Assembly: GCA_905178155.1 (NCBI GenBank)
Contig: CAJINV010000023.1
Coordinates: 393,610 to 457,609, forward strand
Length of the DNA stretch: 64,000 bases
From: Amoebophrya sp. A120
Taxonomy: Eukaryota; Protista; Dinoflagellata
Direction of reading: 5' to 3'
Shown piece after piece: positions 33,633 to 47,025 of the stretch; position 1 is the first letter of the stretch, and each line of letters opens with the position of its first letter. Both the position numbers and the translations under genes were made by a program. A model generated the notes under the pieces. The model saw only the letters and a list, made by a program, of their open reading frames with translations. It was not told where the DNA came from and ran no database searches.

Positions 33633-36600
33633 ATGCGAGCAATGTCACTGCTTCTCCGGTGGATCGTTGTACACATCACGGGTCTGATTATTTCAAACGC
33701 CCCCGGAGTGGTTTTTCTTTCAACTGCAAATATACAGGAGGACGCTACTGTGCCGAAGGTTGATCATGTCGACGGCCCAGAGCGTAGAGCGGACGGGCGC
33801 TTCCTGCCCTCCCGTGTGTGGCAAGAATTCGATTCGACTTCGGAAGATGTTGCTGCGTTTTTCGATATGCAGGCGAGGGAGGTGGACGAGCTCGATGCGG
33901 CAGCCTTTGAGCAGATTTATCAGCGCACCGCGCCACTACAGCCAGAGGCCGAGCCTGGTGCATCTTCACCGACCCCGGGTAGTAGTTCTTGGCAGTCATG
34001 CAGGTCTTGTGAAACGGGTGAGGACCAAGCTGAAGTCCGCCCTGACGGGGAGACCACTGACGAGGAAGAAGATAAAAATGAGGCTGACGAGGAACGAAGT
34101 GAAGATGTCCGCGAAGGGTCAGCACATGATGGCACGTCCTCGACGGACGACGATGACCACCCGCACTAGCAAAGGTAAATATGTCTGGGTCTGGAAGAAT
34201 GCAACTTGTCATGCTGTCTGCGGATTCTAGAAATATCTGTGCTGCATGAGCAGCAAGAGAAGTCAGTTCTTGGCACACCGAGAGGGCTGCATTTCTCATG
34301 CGTATATTAGCATCAAGAAGCTTTCAAAAAACCTGTGATGCTAGCGCCAGCATCATAGACCTCACGGGTGATGCAAAAGGTGCATGACAAGCCCCGACTC
34401 TTCCAGACCCAGACATGTTTGCAATCCATACACACTCGGTGTTACTGATTCTGCTCGACGCAGTATCGACGCGCATGGCCCTCCGCGGGCTTCCGAAAAC
34501 CTTCGACTTTCTTCTTTCTTTGCAAGAAAACAAGTCCCATTTCCGTCCGAGTCTATCCAAAAAGCACCACGTTTTGGGCAACGGATCCATCTCGAACCAG
34601 ATTCCGCTCGTGACGGGGCGTATGCTGTCGGACGCGGAAGTGGAAGTGGGGGACCCGGAGCCAATTTTGCGGCCCAAGAGTATCTATCAAATGTAAAAAT
34701 GTCGGGGTCTGGAAGAATGCAACTTGTGATGCTGCGTCTGCATTATCCAAAAATCTGTATTGCATGAACAGCAAAAGAGGTCTGGTTTTGGCCACGGCGA
34801 GAGGGCATTTCTCATACTGTATAGGCATCAGAAAGCCCTCAGAAGATCTGTGATGATAGGGCATGCATCGCAGACATCAGGAGTCATGCAAAATGTGCAT
34901 GACAAACCTTGCATCCTTCCAGACCCAGGCATTTTTGCATTTGACAGTGTCCGGGACCGTCACATTCTTGAAGTCGCCAGGAAGTCCGGAGACTACACCA
35001 CCTTCGTGGGGTATGGTGAGAAAAAAGTGTTACAGTTACACATTGTGTTGCAGGCCAAGCAAGACAGACAAGCTCTGTCATGCCGGATATGCATAGGAGC
35101 CTCGTTTCATAGGTGTTTTCCCGAAGGGTTTCTGCATTACAAGTTTTCTCTCTCATGCAGAGAAATTTGTGTTGCTGAATTGACTACAAATGTGTAACTG
35201 TAACACTTTTTTCGTGGGATATGGGCTGTAACTGCGAGCCCATGATTGCCTGGGCCTGCGCTGTAATATTCGCACCGTTCGCGGACTTCCGCTACTCGTC
35301 CCCCTTTCACGCTTACGACGAACGGAAGGGCGTTTGCACGGTGGACACGAACGACGCCACCTCCTCCAGTGCAGCGCGAAATCTGTACGCTGCCGAGCAT
35401 CAGCGGATGCTAGACGACAACGGTAGCTCCTCGTCGCCCTCCGAGCCGGATCCACTTGATAACTACTCTGCCGAGCAGCGCAATTACCACCTCCGTGCTT
35501 TACCAAAAAAAGATCTTGGCTGTCGTCCGCCGAGGACATCACTTTCGAGGACAACGCCTATAATTCGTAGAAAGACGGGAAATATGCGCGCCAGTTATCA
35601 CATCAGTAGAAACAAAAAGCCCCACAAGATCGATGTTGAGCCCCTCGAGTTACAAGTTCGTTTGCTGGGAAGCATTTATTTTTCTACACAATCGAAAAGG
35701 ATTTCGACCAGAGCACACACTGCAAGCCAGTAAGTCATTTTTCCAAAGCACATACTGCGAAATGTTTCCTCTATCGAGGGCCACGACATCATCTCCCTGA
35801 GCACGCACGTATAGTACATGTGCATGACAAAATAAAGTGGCTTTGGGTCGTGGCGGGAATTATCAGTTTTTACTGAGAATACCACTCGGGCAGTATTTTT
35901 GGAAGCGCTGGATTTTCTGGGCATCGGGAGACAGCGCGTCTCGTTCGTTCCGGAAATAGAAGAGGAAAAAATACACTTGGAAACGAAGGTAGAACAAGTG
36001 GACGAACACTCGGAGAACGGCATAGAATTACGACCGGAGCAGGAGGAGAGTGCGCGACCACTCCAAGCAGACCTTTACTCATCGCTCGCGCTGCGGGAGA
36101 CTCTTGGTCCGGGCACGGCAGATGAGGACTCCGTAGTACCATCTGAGGCCGTAGGGCGGGAAGCAGGGAACTCCAGCAGCGTCTGTGCCGGTGCTTCTAC
36201 AACCGCCGGAGGACCGACAACGGGTGGACGACGTACTAGAGCGGGTCAACAACACGACGGTGCCCATAAGAAGAAGAAGAAGTTTGCTGTGGTATTTCTA
36301 GACGAGGGGCACTGGATGCGGCCTTCCCGGATGGATGCCATCAACTCGATTGATGATTCACTGCGCGCATTTCTGGAAAAAGCACTCCGCAAGACGAAGA
36401 ACTTATCGCTGGTCCTGCTCGGGGACCACGGACGCCTGTTCCGCGATATGCTCGAGTCCAGGTACATCGACCTTTACGCTTACGAGTACCGGCTTCCGTT
36501 GCTCTTTACCAGGTTTTCTATCCTGTGCAAAAGCAACGTACTCGTAGTAATTGCGTTTATGCATTACAAATCGCTTTCCCATTCCCAAGGTAAATCAGCA

Positions 36601-39600
36601 TTACAACTTCAATTTGTAATGCTGGGGTAATTTGTAATGCAATTTATACTAGGACGATAATTTTGCATTGCATATTTTCCAAGAGGGACCACAACGCCGT
36701 GGCCGCCAAGGAAGCGCTGGAGCACATGGAAAAGAATCACCGCTGGATATGGATTGCAAAAGTGTCTGGGTCTGGAAGATAGATTGCAAATTGTCATGCT
36801 AAATCCGAATCATGCAAAAATCTGTGTTGCATGAGTGCCAAAAGCTGTCCACTTTCGACCAAATGGGGAGGGAGTTTCTCATGCGGGATGGGCATGAAAG
36901 AGACCTCACAGACTCTGTCATGCTAGGCTCCGCATCCCAGACCTCAAGGGTCATGGAAAACCTGCATGACAAGCTCACACTCTTCCAGACCCAGACACTT
37001 TTGCATTTCATACTGGATTACGCCCTACAACCTCCACGGCGTTTTGCTCCGACTGGTATCATATGGATTGCAAAAATGTCTGGGTCTGGAAGAGTGGAAC
37101 TTGTGATGCTAACTTTGGACTCTGAAAAATTCTGTATTGCATGACCAGCAAGAGGTGTCCAGTTTGTGCTACGCGTGGAGGGCATTTGTCATGCGGAATA
37201 GGCATCAGGAAGGCCTCTAAAAACCTGTGATGCTAGGACTTCCATGACAGACATTATGCGTCATGCAAAAACAGCATAACAAATGTCGGATTCTTCCAGA
37301 CCCAGACATTTTTACATTTGATATATTTACATTACCGTTTGAAGAGGAGAACGCGAAGATGGCTGCTCGAGCATCCCTATGAAATGCAAATATGTCTGGG
37401 TCTGGAAGGTTCCCAGATTTGTCATGCAGTTTTTCCAAGCTCCGCCAAGTCTGCAATGCAGGGCCCAGCATCACAGGTTCTGCAGCCCCTTAGTGATGCC
37501 TGTTCCGCATGAGAAATGCCCTCTCAATATGGCCAGAAGTGGGCACCTTTTGCAAGCCATGCAACACAGTTTTTTGCAGGATGCGGAACACGCATCACAA
37601 GTTCGGAGCCTTCCAGACATCCAGGGATATTTGCAATGCATAATCCCAAGAATACCTGCAACCGGACGGCGCGACTTTGATCCCGCAGCAGTGGACTTTG
37701 GAAGCCACCCGGCACTATGATTGGCCTGCCGCCGTCAATGACAAGATGTGCGCGGCTGTCTTGAGCATGGTGGACGAGCTCGGGTTCCAAATGGATCCGG
37801 TCGTCTGTGACCGCCGCCTGCTCACTGAGGCTACTTGTCACGTCGTTCGCACGTCTACAAGTTTGAACGGTCAGTGGGGTCCCGGAGCGGTAATCCACGC
37901 CATCCTTGAATTCCGAGCTCCTGCGAGGAGGAAGAAGCCGGGGTTTGATCATGCGGAAGTAGAGGAAGAGGACGTCGATGGTTTCAAGTATTCGGCTGTT
38001 TTGTCGTGGCTCGCGCAAAGCGATGAGATGCGCGTATCCCCGTTGTACGAGCTGACCACGTATGATCCCTACAAACGGTGCGTGCCGATTCACTACATGC
38101 GGCAACGGTTGGAGGAAGCATCTCTTGTATCTAGTACATCAACGTCTCGGCCTGATGATGCGCTAGTACAGCAGCAGCAACAACAAGAGCAAATGTTGGA
38201 GCGCTACATGGACTTCTCTCTGGAAGATTTCATATCGCTGGATCCTCTATCAAATGCAAATATGTCTGGGGCTGGAAGAATGCAAACTTCTGTTGCGAAT
38301 TTCGGATGAGACACCAATCTGTCATGCACGGACAGCGAAAGTCGCCCGCTTCGTGTCACCGGAAGCCGGGGAGATTTCTCCTTTGTGATGCGCACCCCCA
38401 TGTAAACATGACTACAGGCATTTTCAATCGTGTTTGGGAATTTGTAATGCTCTAAACCGGATAAGCAGATGGATTTGTAATGCGGCTGTCCTTGCTACCT
38501 TGCACTACCTTACGGACTGCAACCTGTCATGCGTGATTCCCACAACTCCTAGGTTTGTGTTGCAAAATCCCCATCTTCTTGACTCGCGGATGCTGGGGAC
38601 GCTTTTACTTAGGATATTGGGGCGCGTGTCGCCAAGGCTGTGCTGCTTTGCGTATACATCTTCCTTGGCGTATCAACTAGAAAAATTCCCCCACCCCATA
38701 TCGAAAACGAAATTTGTGATGCTGTATTTGAGTACACAAATCGACTTGTAATGCTAGAAGGCCAAGAGCCGCAGTCATGGCCTCGTTTGCAGGCAATTTG
38801 TCATGCTGTTTCCCACTTCCAGTTGCTTCCTGTCATGCTGAAGATGCAAGGATATGGGGAGGGGAGATTTTTCTTCTTGATATGGCGCGTCTATGATGTT
38901 GTCCGTGGAGATCACGAAGAGCGTATGCATTGCAAATATGCCTGGGTCTGGAAGAGGGTAACTTGTCATGCTACATCTGGATCGTGGAAAAATTTGTGTT
39001 GCATCATTGCCAAAAGAGGTCCACTTTTGAACAAGTTTACAGGCAGTTTCTCATGCAGAAAAGGCATGAAAAAGATCTCACAGAACCTATCATGCCAGGC
39101 CGTGCATGCCAGTCCGCGTGGGTCATGGAAAACCTGCATGACAAACCTGGCAATCTTCCAGACCCAAACATTTTTGCATTTGATAGAGCGCGAAAACCAA
39201 CAAAATTGAATACAGCACGCAACAGGCCGTCCTTATGAACTGCAAAAGTATCCTCGTACTCGTATAAATGCATTACAAATTTCCTCAGCATGAGAAATAA
39301 AATTTGTAATGCTGATTTGCCTTCAGAAAAAAATTTGTGATGCAAGACTTGCATTTATACGAGTGCGATGACAGAAAAAGTTGCCCGCTTCGTGTCACCG
39401 AAAGCCGGGGAGATTTCTCTACTCTATGACCTGCTCAAGCGTTAGTATCTCAAACCTTACAATAGAGTCTGGGTTTTGTGTTGCATGATGAGCATGACAG
39501 ACTGGCACAGCGTTCCACTTTCTGCAATACAAATTTCGGCAGATTCTAGCGCGGATGGGGACTCCGAGACTTGTCATGCGCAATCCTGTGGGAGTTGGCT

Positions 39601-40915
39601 AGATCATGATGCACCTCTTGCATCACAGATTTCCATATTCTACTGTAACGCTTCAGATTGTAACACCTGAGCAGGTTATATACTCTACCACCGGGTTTGA
39701 CCTACTTGGGGAAAATTCGTTTCTGTTTGACATCTACGAGTTATGAGAGTGTACAACTTGTCTCCCTCCCCCGGCCCCGCATTTGTGATGCAAAACCCAA
39801 AACCCAAGTGCTTCCCTGTGGCACTGTTTGCATGACAGATTCCGAAAGCCCAAACAGTACCACGCTAGGCGCGTGAATTTGTCATGCACAGGCGCCACGT
39901 GTGCTGGCAGCTGGCTGTTGTATTGCTGTTCATGCAATACAAATGAGGGGGAGGGGGGCTGTGCACTCTCATACGAATCTGAAGAAACGAAACTGACAAA
40001 AGTTGCCCGCTTCGTGTCACCGGAAGCCGGGGAGATTTCTCCTGAGGGTTAGATCTGTGATGCTACTGACCTACCTAAAACAGGATTACACTACGAGGAC
40101 AAACCTGTCATGCCAAACAACCAAAGCTGGTTGATTTGTCTAGCAGATTTCCCATCTTGACTCTGGTGTGGAGACGTTTTCAATTAGGATAGCACTTGAC
40201 TTCCCTGGCTTGTGGCTTTGCGCGCACCCGGTGGTGCCGTGTCTGTTCTTGGCGCAGGCTGTACGCATTGCAAATATTTCTGGAGTCCTGGATAAGGTTG
40301 CAACTTGTGATGCTGTCTCTGGATTCTAAAAAAATCTGTATTGCATGACCAGCAAGAAGAGTCCAGTTTGTGCTAAGTACGCGGTGAGGGCATTAATTTC
40401 TCATGCAGGATCATACGCATCGTCACGAAGCCTTCTAAAAAGCTGTGAAATCATGCTAGGTCATGCATTACAGGCATGATGGGTCATGAAAAATATGCAT
40501 GACAAGCTCCGCACTCTTCCAGACCCAGACATATTTGCATTTGATAGCCGCTGCTGTTGATTAACCAGAGGCTGCCCAACCATGCCAAAACTTCTGATGC
40601 GAATTTCAGATGACACACACCAATCACGGACAGAAAAAGTTGCCCGCTTCGTGTCACCGGAAGCCGGGGAGATTTCTCATGCGGATTAGGCATTGAGAAA
40701 CCGCCGCAAAAGCTGTGATGCTGGGGCTTGCATGCCAGACCTTTTTGGTTACAGGCATGCAAAAAAAGCATACCAAACCTCTGCATTCATCCAGACCCAG
40801 ACGTATTTGCACGTGATACCCCCAAGTGCGAGAATATTTTGCAACCGAGAGACGCCCAAGGAACTGGTTTATGTTCTGTAAGTGCAACTTACCTCCTGGT
40901 CCGCTGAAGGCGTGA
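33633..40915 (+). CDS. DUF229-like (alkaline phosphatase/sulfatase fold) protein; 9 introns, the last a 2.57-kb composite
   Basis: Spliced motifs PH|SVLLILLDAVSTRMALRGLPKT, HHVLGNGSISNQIPLVTG, VLLGDHG, EYRLPLL, RW|ITPYNLHGVL. Last exon 40824-40915 (..MFCKCNLPPGPLKA*) is in frame after removing 38248-40823. Confidence 0.75.
34167..34430. mobile_element. Introner family A (left end TAG)
   Basis: Repeat cgcac/cacac. Confidence 0.8.
34685..34946. mobile_element. Introner family A (right end ACA)
   Basis: Repeat gtatc/gtgtc. Confidence 0.85.
35012..35221. mobile_element. Introner family G (TIR core AAAAAAGTGTTACAGTTACAC)
   Basis: Repeat tgggg/tgggc. Confidence 0.85.
35677..35881. mobile_element. 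Highly degenerate introner
   Basis: tatt..aata ends; repeat gcatt/ccact; gives an in-frame join to ORF 35899. Confidence 0.5.
36519..36674. mobile_element. Introner family B
   Basis: Repeat ttttc. Confidence 0.85.
36748..37012. mobile_element. Introner family A
   Basis: Repeat ctgga. Confidence 0.9.
37062..37323. mobile_element. Introner family A
   Basis: Repeat tatca/tattt. Confidence 0.85.
37378..37642. mobile_element. Introner family A
   Basis: Repeat atccc. Confidence 0.85.
38671..38882. mobile_element. Introner family E (inside captured fragment 1)
   Basis: Repeat tggcg. Confidence 0.85.
38924..39185. mobile_element. Introner family A (inside captured fragment 1)
   Basis: Repeat gagcg. 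Confidence 0.85.
39425..39680. mobile_element. Introner family J (TIR core CTCAAACGTTACAAT), inside fragment 2
   Basis: Repeat tactc. Confidence 0.85.
39742..39973. mobile_element. Introner family I, inside fragment 2
   Basis: Repeat cgagt/cgaat. Confidence 0.85.
40192..40581 (+). pseudogene. Captured fragment paralogous to 44465-44564 of the next gene
   Basis: ALDFPGLWLCAHPVVPCLFLAQ..LLINQRLPN versus ALDFPDLWLCAHPVVPCLFLAQALLLINQKLPN. Confidence 0.8.
40262..40546. mobile_element. Introner family A inside fragment 3; site is empty in the paralog
   Basis: Repeat ggctg/gccgc versus a single ggcgc at 44530-44534. Confidence 0.8.
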
Positions 40916-41465
40916 AGATCCTTGTCATGCACTCCACCGCTTGGAGGTTCCTACTCCTAGTACCGAGCGAGGACCTGCTTCCGGTAGTTTCCACTTCGGA
41001 AACTTTTCTTCTGAGAATGTTCTGGCGGTTTTAATCTGGCGTGTCTACAGTACAATAGAATGCTCTTCGGTGTCATCTCTGCATAGATCCCAAGACCCTT
41101 CTCACTGGTCAACACAGAGCGCGCAAGCAGGACTTATTTTCAACATCCCTCTTGGTGGTTCTTTCCAAGATCGGTAAGAAATCTTCATGTAAAATTTTTT
41201 TTGGCTTGTGGTCGCGTTTCAGCAGCCGGTCCCGGCTTTGCGACCTAATAAGTTATTCGGTCCGTAGGCTCTGCTTTCGTGGCACAGAAAAGATAGAGAT
41301 CATATCTAGACCGTTTGTCGTTGTCATCGTTTTGCAGCTTACATATTTCAGTAAGCTTTTCAGAGGTCTGAGTTTTTTTTTTGCCGCCTTGGTCCCCTTT
41401 GTTTTGGTGCCGAGCAGCGTTTCTTGCCTGTTGTTTCAGACTTGGATTTCACTTAGGCAGTATCA

Positions 41466-44400
41466 ATGTCTACCCCTACTCCACCGACGGCGCAGTTTTT
41501 CTTCTTTTCCACAATTATTTTCGACCGCGCAACAACACAAAAAATGCCACTCACGAGGAAACTACGAAAGAGGCGGAGAAGTTTAATATTTCCACCATCG
41601 CCGTCGGTTGCAGCGCCGCTAGTTTATTTTCATCTGTTCTTTGCGGAGGAGCAACTGATCCGACACGCGCGTGGCGGCCGGGACGACGGGTGCAACGTGG
41701 ACGCGCCCTTTGGGCGATTGACTTTCTCTGCCGATGCGAAAACCGGCATGGAATTGGCAAGGGAGGGGGCGCAGCAGTATCTGACCCACCTGGACTGGAT
41801 GGACGGCGACAAGTGGTCCATGATAGAGACGGACACGCACTACCACATGGACCCGCCGGCGCGCGACGCCGCGCTCGCTTGCGCCTACACGAGCAACCTG
41901 CTCACCTTATGAAATGCAGATATCCCTGGATGTCTGGAAACTTGTGATGCTGGGTGGCGTATCACGAAGAGGCCACAAGTGCTGGCTCAGCATGACAAGT
42001 TTCGGAGCTTCTAGGTGTTGCCTATTCTGCATGACAAACTGCGTTTCTGCATGACAGAAAAATGGGGCTCTTGGGTACTGTGCATGACAAATTTAAGAGT
42101 CATGTGAGACAAGCATGACAAGCTTGCATTCTTCCAGACCCAGACACTTTTGCAATGCATACACCTTTGACTTCGACAAGGTCCTGCTCGACGACGCCGA
42201 GCTATGGATTGCAAATATGTCCGGGTCTGGAAGAATGCACCTTGTGATGCTGCATTTGGATTCCAAAAGAATTTGCATTGCATGAGCAGCAAAAGGATCC
42301 TAACTTTTGCTACGCTGAGACAGAGGGCATTTGTCATGCGGAGTAGGCATCAAGAAGCCCTCAAAAAGTCTGTGATGCTAGGACACGCATCACAGACGTC
42401 ATGGCTCATGCAAAACGTGTATGACAAGTCTCAGAATCTTCCAGACCCAGACATCTTTGCAATTGATACGAGCGGAAGCGACACCAGTGGCTTCACTCCC
42501 GCATTTATCAAGTGCAAAAATGTCTGGGTCTGGAAGATTGGAAGATTTGTCATGCACATCTGACATGTCCCATGAAGGCTGTGATGTATGCCCTAGCATC
42601 ACAGATTTTCTGAGTGCTTCTTGATGCATATCCTGCATGAGAAATGCCCTCTTTCCACGTCGCAAAAACTGGACTCGTATTGCCTGCCATGCAACACACA
42701 TTTTTTTAGAATCCAAAAATAGCATTACAAGTTGCATCCTTCCAGACCCAGACATTTTTGCATTTGATAGCATTCGCACGAGCAGGCGGCTGGAGGAAAC
42801 GAAAATTCAAGCGGGGAAGGACGTTATGCATTGCAAACGCATTGTACTTCTAGTGGTAGTTGCATTACAAATTTGCTCAGCATTACACATGAAAACTCTA
42901 ATGCTGTTTTGCTTTAGGAAGGAGATTTGTCATGCATAGCAGCAATTACGAGAAGTGCGATACTTTTGCAGAGCATAGACGTTTTGAAGACGTTCTGGTG
43001 TCTCGACAGTGCCCAGCGCCAGCGTTACAACGCCGTGCTTGCGGGGCAGCAGGAACCGAGTTACAACGAGGAAGCACCCCTCTACCGGTGGCTTTTGCAG
43101 TACGAAGACAGCGAGTGCAGGATTTTGACCGACCCCAGTTTCGGCAACATCGAGGCGCTGGCAAACAGCGAAGCTGGTGCGACGAGTAATTCCTTTCACA
43201 AACTTATGCAAAGAAAAAAGTGTTACAGTTACACATTGTGTTGCAGGACCGGCAAGGCAGACAACCTTTTGTCATGCAGGAAATGCTTTGGAGCCTCGAT
43301 TCCCGCGTGTATTCCCTTATGATCTTTGCATTTACAAGTTGCCTCTGCCACACAGAGAAAATTTGTGATGCAGAAACTCCAACAAGTGTGTAACTGTAGC
43401 ACTTTTTTCCTGTGATAAAACTGGGACAGGACTTGGAAGCGGGGCTCACATGGCCGCCGTACTACTTGCTCACCGGAGTAGGCGGTGGGAGTACTCCGAG
43501 CAAGGAAAATGGAAACCTTATCCAGCTGCACAACAACAACGGCGAACAAGCTAGTGGCTCAACATCTGACAGCGCCAAATCGGGTCTAGAAAGTCATCTG
43601 CCAACGACGTTAAAAGTAGCGGTGCTCGGGGACCACACGACCGGGGCGCTAGAGGAAACCAGTCTGTTCGAGCAGCTGTATTGGAAGGAAAAGGATTGGA
43701 CGCGGAAGATAGAGTTTTCTTTTTTCGGGTCGTTCTGCGACGGGTTCCAGCATTGGCACTGCCAGCTGCTGTGCAACCTCGCGCCGTCCTCCTGTGTATG
43801 GAGCTCTCAAACGTTACACTCTCAGCTATTACATGATGATGATTTGTCATACAAAATGCAAATCAGCATCCACACGATGAAGCTGCTTTGCATGACAAAT
43901 TTTTGAAGGGCTAAACAGCACCATTATCTGTGCCAAATTTGTAATGCGAGAGGTGCAAGCTCCCGTCTTTTGCTGTTCCTATTCTTGCATCACAAATTCC
44001 TGTAACATTTGAGAATGTAACAATTGAGAACGCCATACTGTGACCGCGACCGTGCGTCGGACTTGATCGCCTCCGAAATCTTGCAGAAGCTGTACCGAAA
44101 CGAGAAGTCCGACGGGCACACGAAGGGTGGAAGCCGGGAAGAGCAGAGCTACGACCTGCCCATGATGCTGGAGTGGTTCCAGCACATCTTGGCGAAACAG
44201 TTATGCATTGCAAAAGTATTGTATCGTACTTGTATAAACTGCATTACAATTTTTTTCAGTATGAAAATACTGAATTTGCCATGCTGTTTTACCTTGGAAA
44301 GGAGATTTGTATACGCATGACTGCAATTGCTACGAGTACGATACTTTTGCACAGGATAACAGTTCGGATTCGACAATTTTTCGGACTTGGTGGACGGACT

Positions 44401-46575
44401 GGCGGCCTCGTCCACAGGTAGTTCTACTGCGTCAACAACTTCATCAAGGAAAGAACAAGGCGCAGCACTTGACTTCCCTGACTTGTGGCTGTGCGCGCAC
44501 CCCGTGGTGCCTTGTCTGTTCTTGGCGCAGGCGCTGCTGTTGATCAACCAGAAGCTGCCGAACCCGCTGGAGAAGAAGCGGCTCTTCCTGCACTTCGGCG
44601 CGCAACTTTTGTACGGGGCTCCCGGCATCGCAAACGAGCACCTGCAGGGGTTGCACTTGCGGCTGGCCGGGTACAATAGCAACCAGGCGCTGGAATGGCT
44701 GATTTGGTCCCAGGACCTACTGTTCGAGAATTGCAACGGCTTCGGCAACCCGAAGGTCCTCGCGGCGAAGTCTTCGGAACAAGTGGCCCAAAAATTCCAG
44801 CACTCCTGGTTCGCATTTGCGTTCGACGGGCACCTGCGTCCCTGGTTCAGTGCGGTGTTCAAGGGCGCAGAGTCGTTGAAGGGAACCATTCTGCGCAAAG
44901 AACTGTTTGAAGAAGAGTGGACGACGGTGAAAACAGTCGTGGACGCGCACAACGAGACCCACGTGATCAAACCGGAGCAGGAAAAGAACCTTCAGAACGC
45001 CACCGCAGGGGATATTCTCCGCGAGTACGCAAGCTTGTTCCGGCTGCCCGATATCCAAGAAAAAAACTGTATTGTGTAGGTGTAAGTCTGCAATGCAAAG
45101 CATGCAACACAGATACACCTGTCATGCTGGCCAGCCGTGAAGTCCTGTTTTCCAATTCCAGTACTAGCTGCGCATGACAGGTTCTTTCTGTCATGCAGAG
45201 CGAATTTGTCATGCTGTCACTTTAAGACAGCTACACTCACACAGTTTTTTTCTTGCATATTCGAGGTGATCACCCCCATGGCACTTTACATTCCGCGGTC
45301 GCGAATATGGAACGCGAACGAAGCCCTGCTGGCGCGCACGGCTGAGAACAAACAGAAAGTGCTGATCGCCCGCAGCCGGTTTTCCAGTCTCTTCAACATC
45401 GTCGGCAACAGCTATTTCCAGGGGGTCAGAAGCATTTTAGAACGGGGCTTGCTACTGAACGAAGGCGATAAGGCGGTTGAGTCTTCTACTTCTAGTGCAA
45501 GTAGTCTGCAGGGAGCTGCTGCATCTTCATCTTCATCCCCGTCCGACTCCCCCGCCGGCGGCGCACATCAAAGTAGAACGGCTGCCGCACTCGACGCACC
45601 CAGAATCCAGGTGGACCATGTAGGGGTGAATTTATGCATTGTGAATATGTCTGGGTCTGGAAGGATGCAACTTCTGATGGTGTTTATTTCGGATTCTAAA
45701 CAGATCTGTGTTGCATGACCAGCAAGAGGAGTCGACTTTGTGTTACGAGGAGAGGGCATTTGTCGTGCAGTATCTATACCCGCCATCAGAAAGCCGCAAA
45801 AAAGCCTGTAATGCTAGGGCATGCATCAAAAACATCATGGGTCATGCAAAATGTGCGCGACAAGTTCCAGACCCAGATATATTTGCACTTGATAGAATTT
45901 GGATTTTTACACCTTCGAGTCCATCACGAAAGATTACGCACTTATCATTGATTCCGGTACGGAAATGATGGGGCGCGCGTTGGTGGAGTTTTACCGTATC
46001 GCGGTCCCGCTGTTGGTGCCGACGAAGCGATGGATGTTTCAGATGCACATGGAAGCGCCGTCCGGTGCCACCGTGTACGGCGTCAACGGGATCGACCCGG
46101 GACCCTGGTTCGAGTCCGGGTGGCAGTTGATGCCCGAGGTAGAGGCGCGGTCACGCATATGAATTGCAGCAAAAGCATCGTAAAACTAGTATAAATTGCA
46201 TGACAAATCTCCTCAGCATTTGTAGAAATGAAATTTGTAATTTGGAGTTACCTTACGAGACCGAGAGAGATTTGTAATGCATAAAAGCAATTAGTACGAG
46301 TGCGATACTTTTGCAGTGCATAGCGCAAGGTCGCCTACGATTACTTTCAGCACTCGGCCATCTACGAGCAGCTCCCCTATCTTTTCCGCTGGGACAGCAT
46401 TGTGCAACTCTGTATTCTTGTAGAGGAGCTGCTGGGCCCGCGAGGGGTTGCCAGCGACTACAAGTACCTGCGCGATGCTAGTCGGGGCATGATCGCACAC
46501 TACGAAACTTGGAGAGGCGTCAACAGTGTACTCCTTCGAGACACCCTGGATCAAGATTGGATGGGAATGCTTTGA
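41466..46575 (+). CDS. Uncharacterised protein, possibly glycosyltransferase-like; 10 introners
   Basis: Frame is preserved across 10 excisions. Segments PDLWLCAHP, LVEFYRIAVPLLVP, SAIYEQLPYLFRWDS; TGA at 46573-46575. The function call is weak. Confidence 0.7.
41908..42161. mobile_element. Introner family A
   Basis: Repeat cacct. Confidence 0.9.
42203..42468. mobile_element. Introner family A
   Basis: Repeat cgagc. Confidence 0.9.
42506..42769. mobile_element. Introner family A
   Basis: Repeat gcatt. Confidence 0.9.
42825..42977. mobile_element. Introner family B
   Basis: Repeat gacgt. Confidence 0.85.
43205..43417. mobile_element. Introner family G
   Basis: Repeat aaact. Confidence 0.85.
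43797..44037. mobile_element. Introner family F
   Basis: Repeat ctgtg. Confidence 0.85.
44202..44358. mobile_element. Introner family B
   Basis: Repeat acagt. Confidence 0.85.
45052..45259. mobile_element. Introner family D
   Basis: Repeat cccga/ttcga. Confidence 0.8.
45633..45894. mobile_element. Introner family A
   Basis: Repeat gaatt. Confidence 0.85.
46158..46322. mobile_element. Introner family B
   Basis: Repeat acgca/gcgca. Confidence 0.8.
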
Positions 46576-47025
46576 TGGTTTTTGGGCTGAGGAAAGAAGA
46601 AGAACAGCACGGAAGAATTTATACGAGCATTTGCATCGTTCATCTCCTGTCGCACTTATTAACGAAAAATCCCTTTATTTTGATGTTTCTGCGCCGTGTT
46701 CCGTCTCGGTCTCCAAGATCCAACAATTATAGATACATAGGCTTACCCACTTTTGATCATGATGTCCTATCGAATGTCCTAGCAGCTGCCGCTCGTTTTA
46801 TTTGTAATACTATTCAGAGGGCGTGGGCAACAAGCTCCTCTTCCTCGTCCAGCATGGCAACGAAGTAAAGATTCTCGTCCAGAAAGCACGACCACCGCCA
46901 CGATCCTCCCGTAAAAAATACTCCTTAGCTTATTCTCTCGCGGTTTGGGTTCTACTTCTTGGGATCTATAGCAAAAAATCAATCGAAGTGTAGTACTAGT
47001 AAAAAACTCCAACATCCGCGGCAGC

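Larger units (their letters stand above)
38617..39233 (+). pseudogene. Captured gene fragment, possibly the N-terminus of a nucleotide-sugar transporter
   Basis: After excising two introners: AKAVLLCVYIFLG|ASMMLSVEITKS|AKTNKIEYSTQQAVL. Family call is by resemblance only. Confidence 0.4.
38331..40678 (+). repeat. Four dispersed direct copies of a about 50-bp introner-internal segment (38331-38380, 39370-39419, 39995-40041, 40629-40678)
   Basis: gacagaaaaagttgcccgcttcgtgtcaccggaagccggggagatttctc; all copies end at the same base. Confidence 0.9.
38248..40818. mobile_element. Composite family-A introner with three captured genomic fragments
   Basis: Left arm 38248-38380, right arm 40582-40818; repeat tcctc/ccccc; an internal about 50-bp segment is present four times. 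Confidence 0.75.

Noticed and set aside
35730-35893. Canonical GTAAGT..CAG intron
   Set aside because: That join is out of frame with ORF 35899; the degenerate TAT..ATA boundaries 35677-35881 fit.
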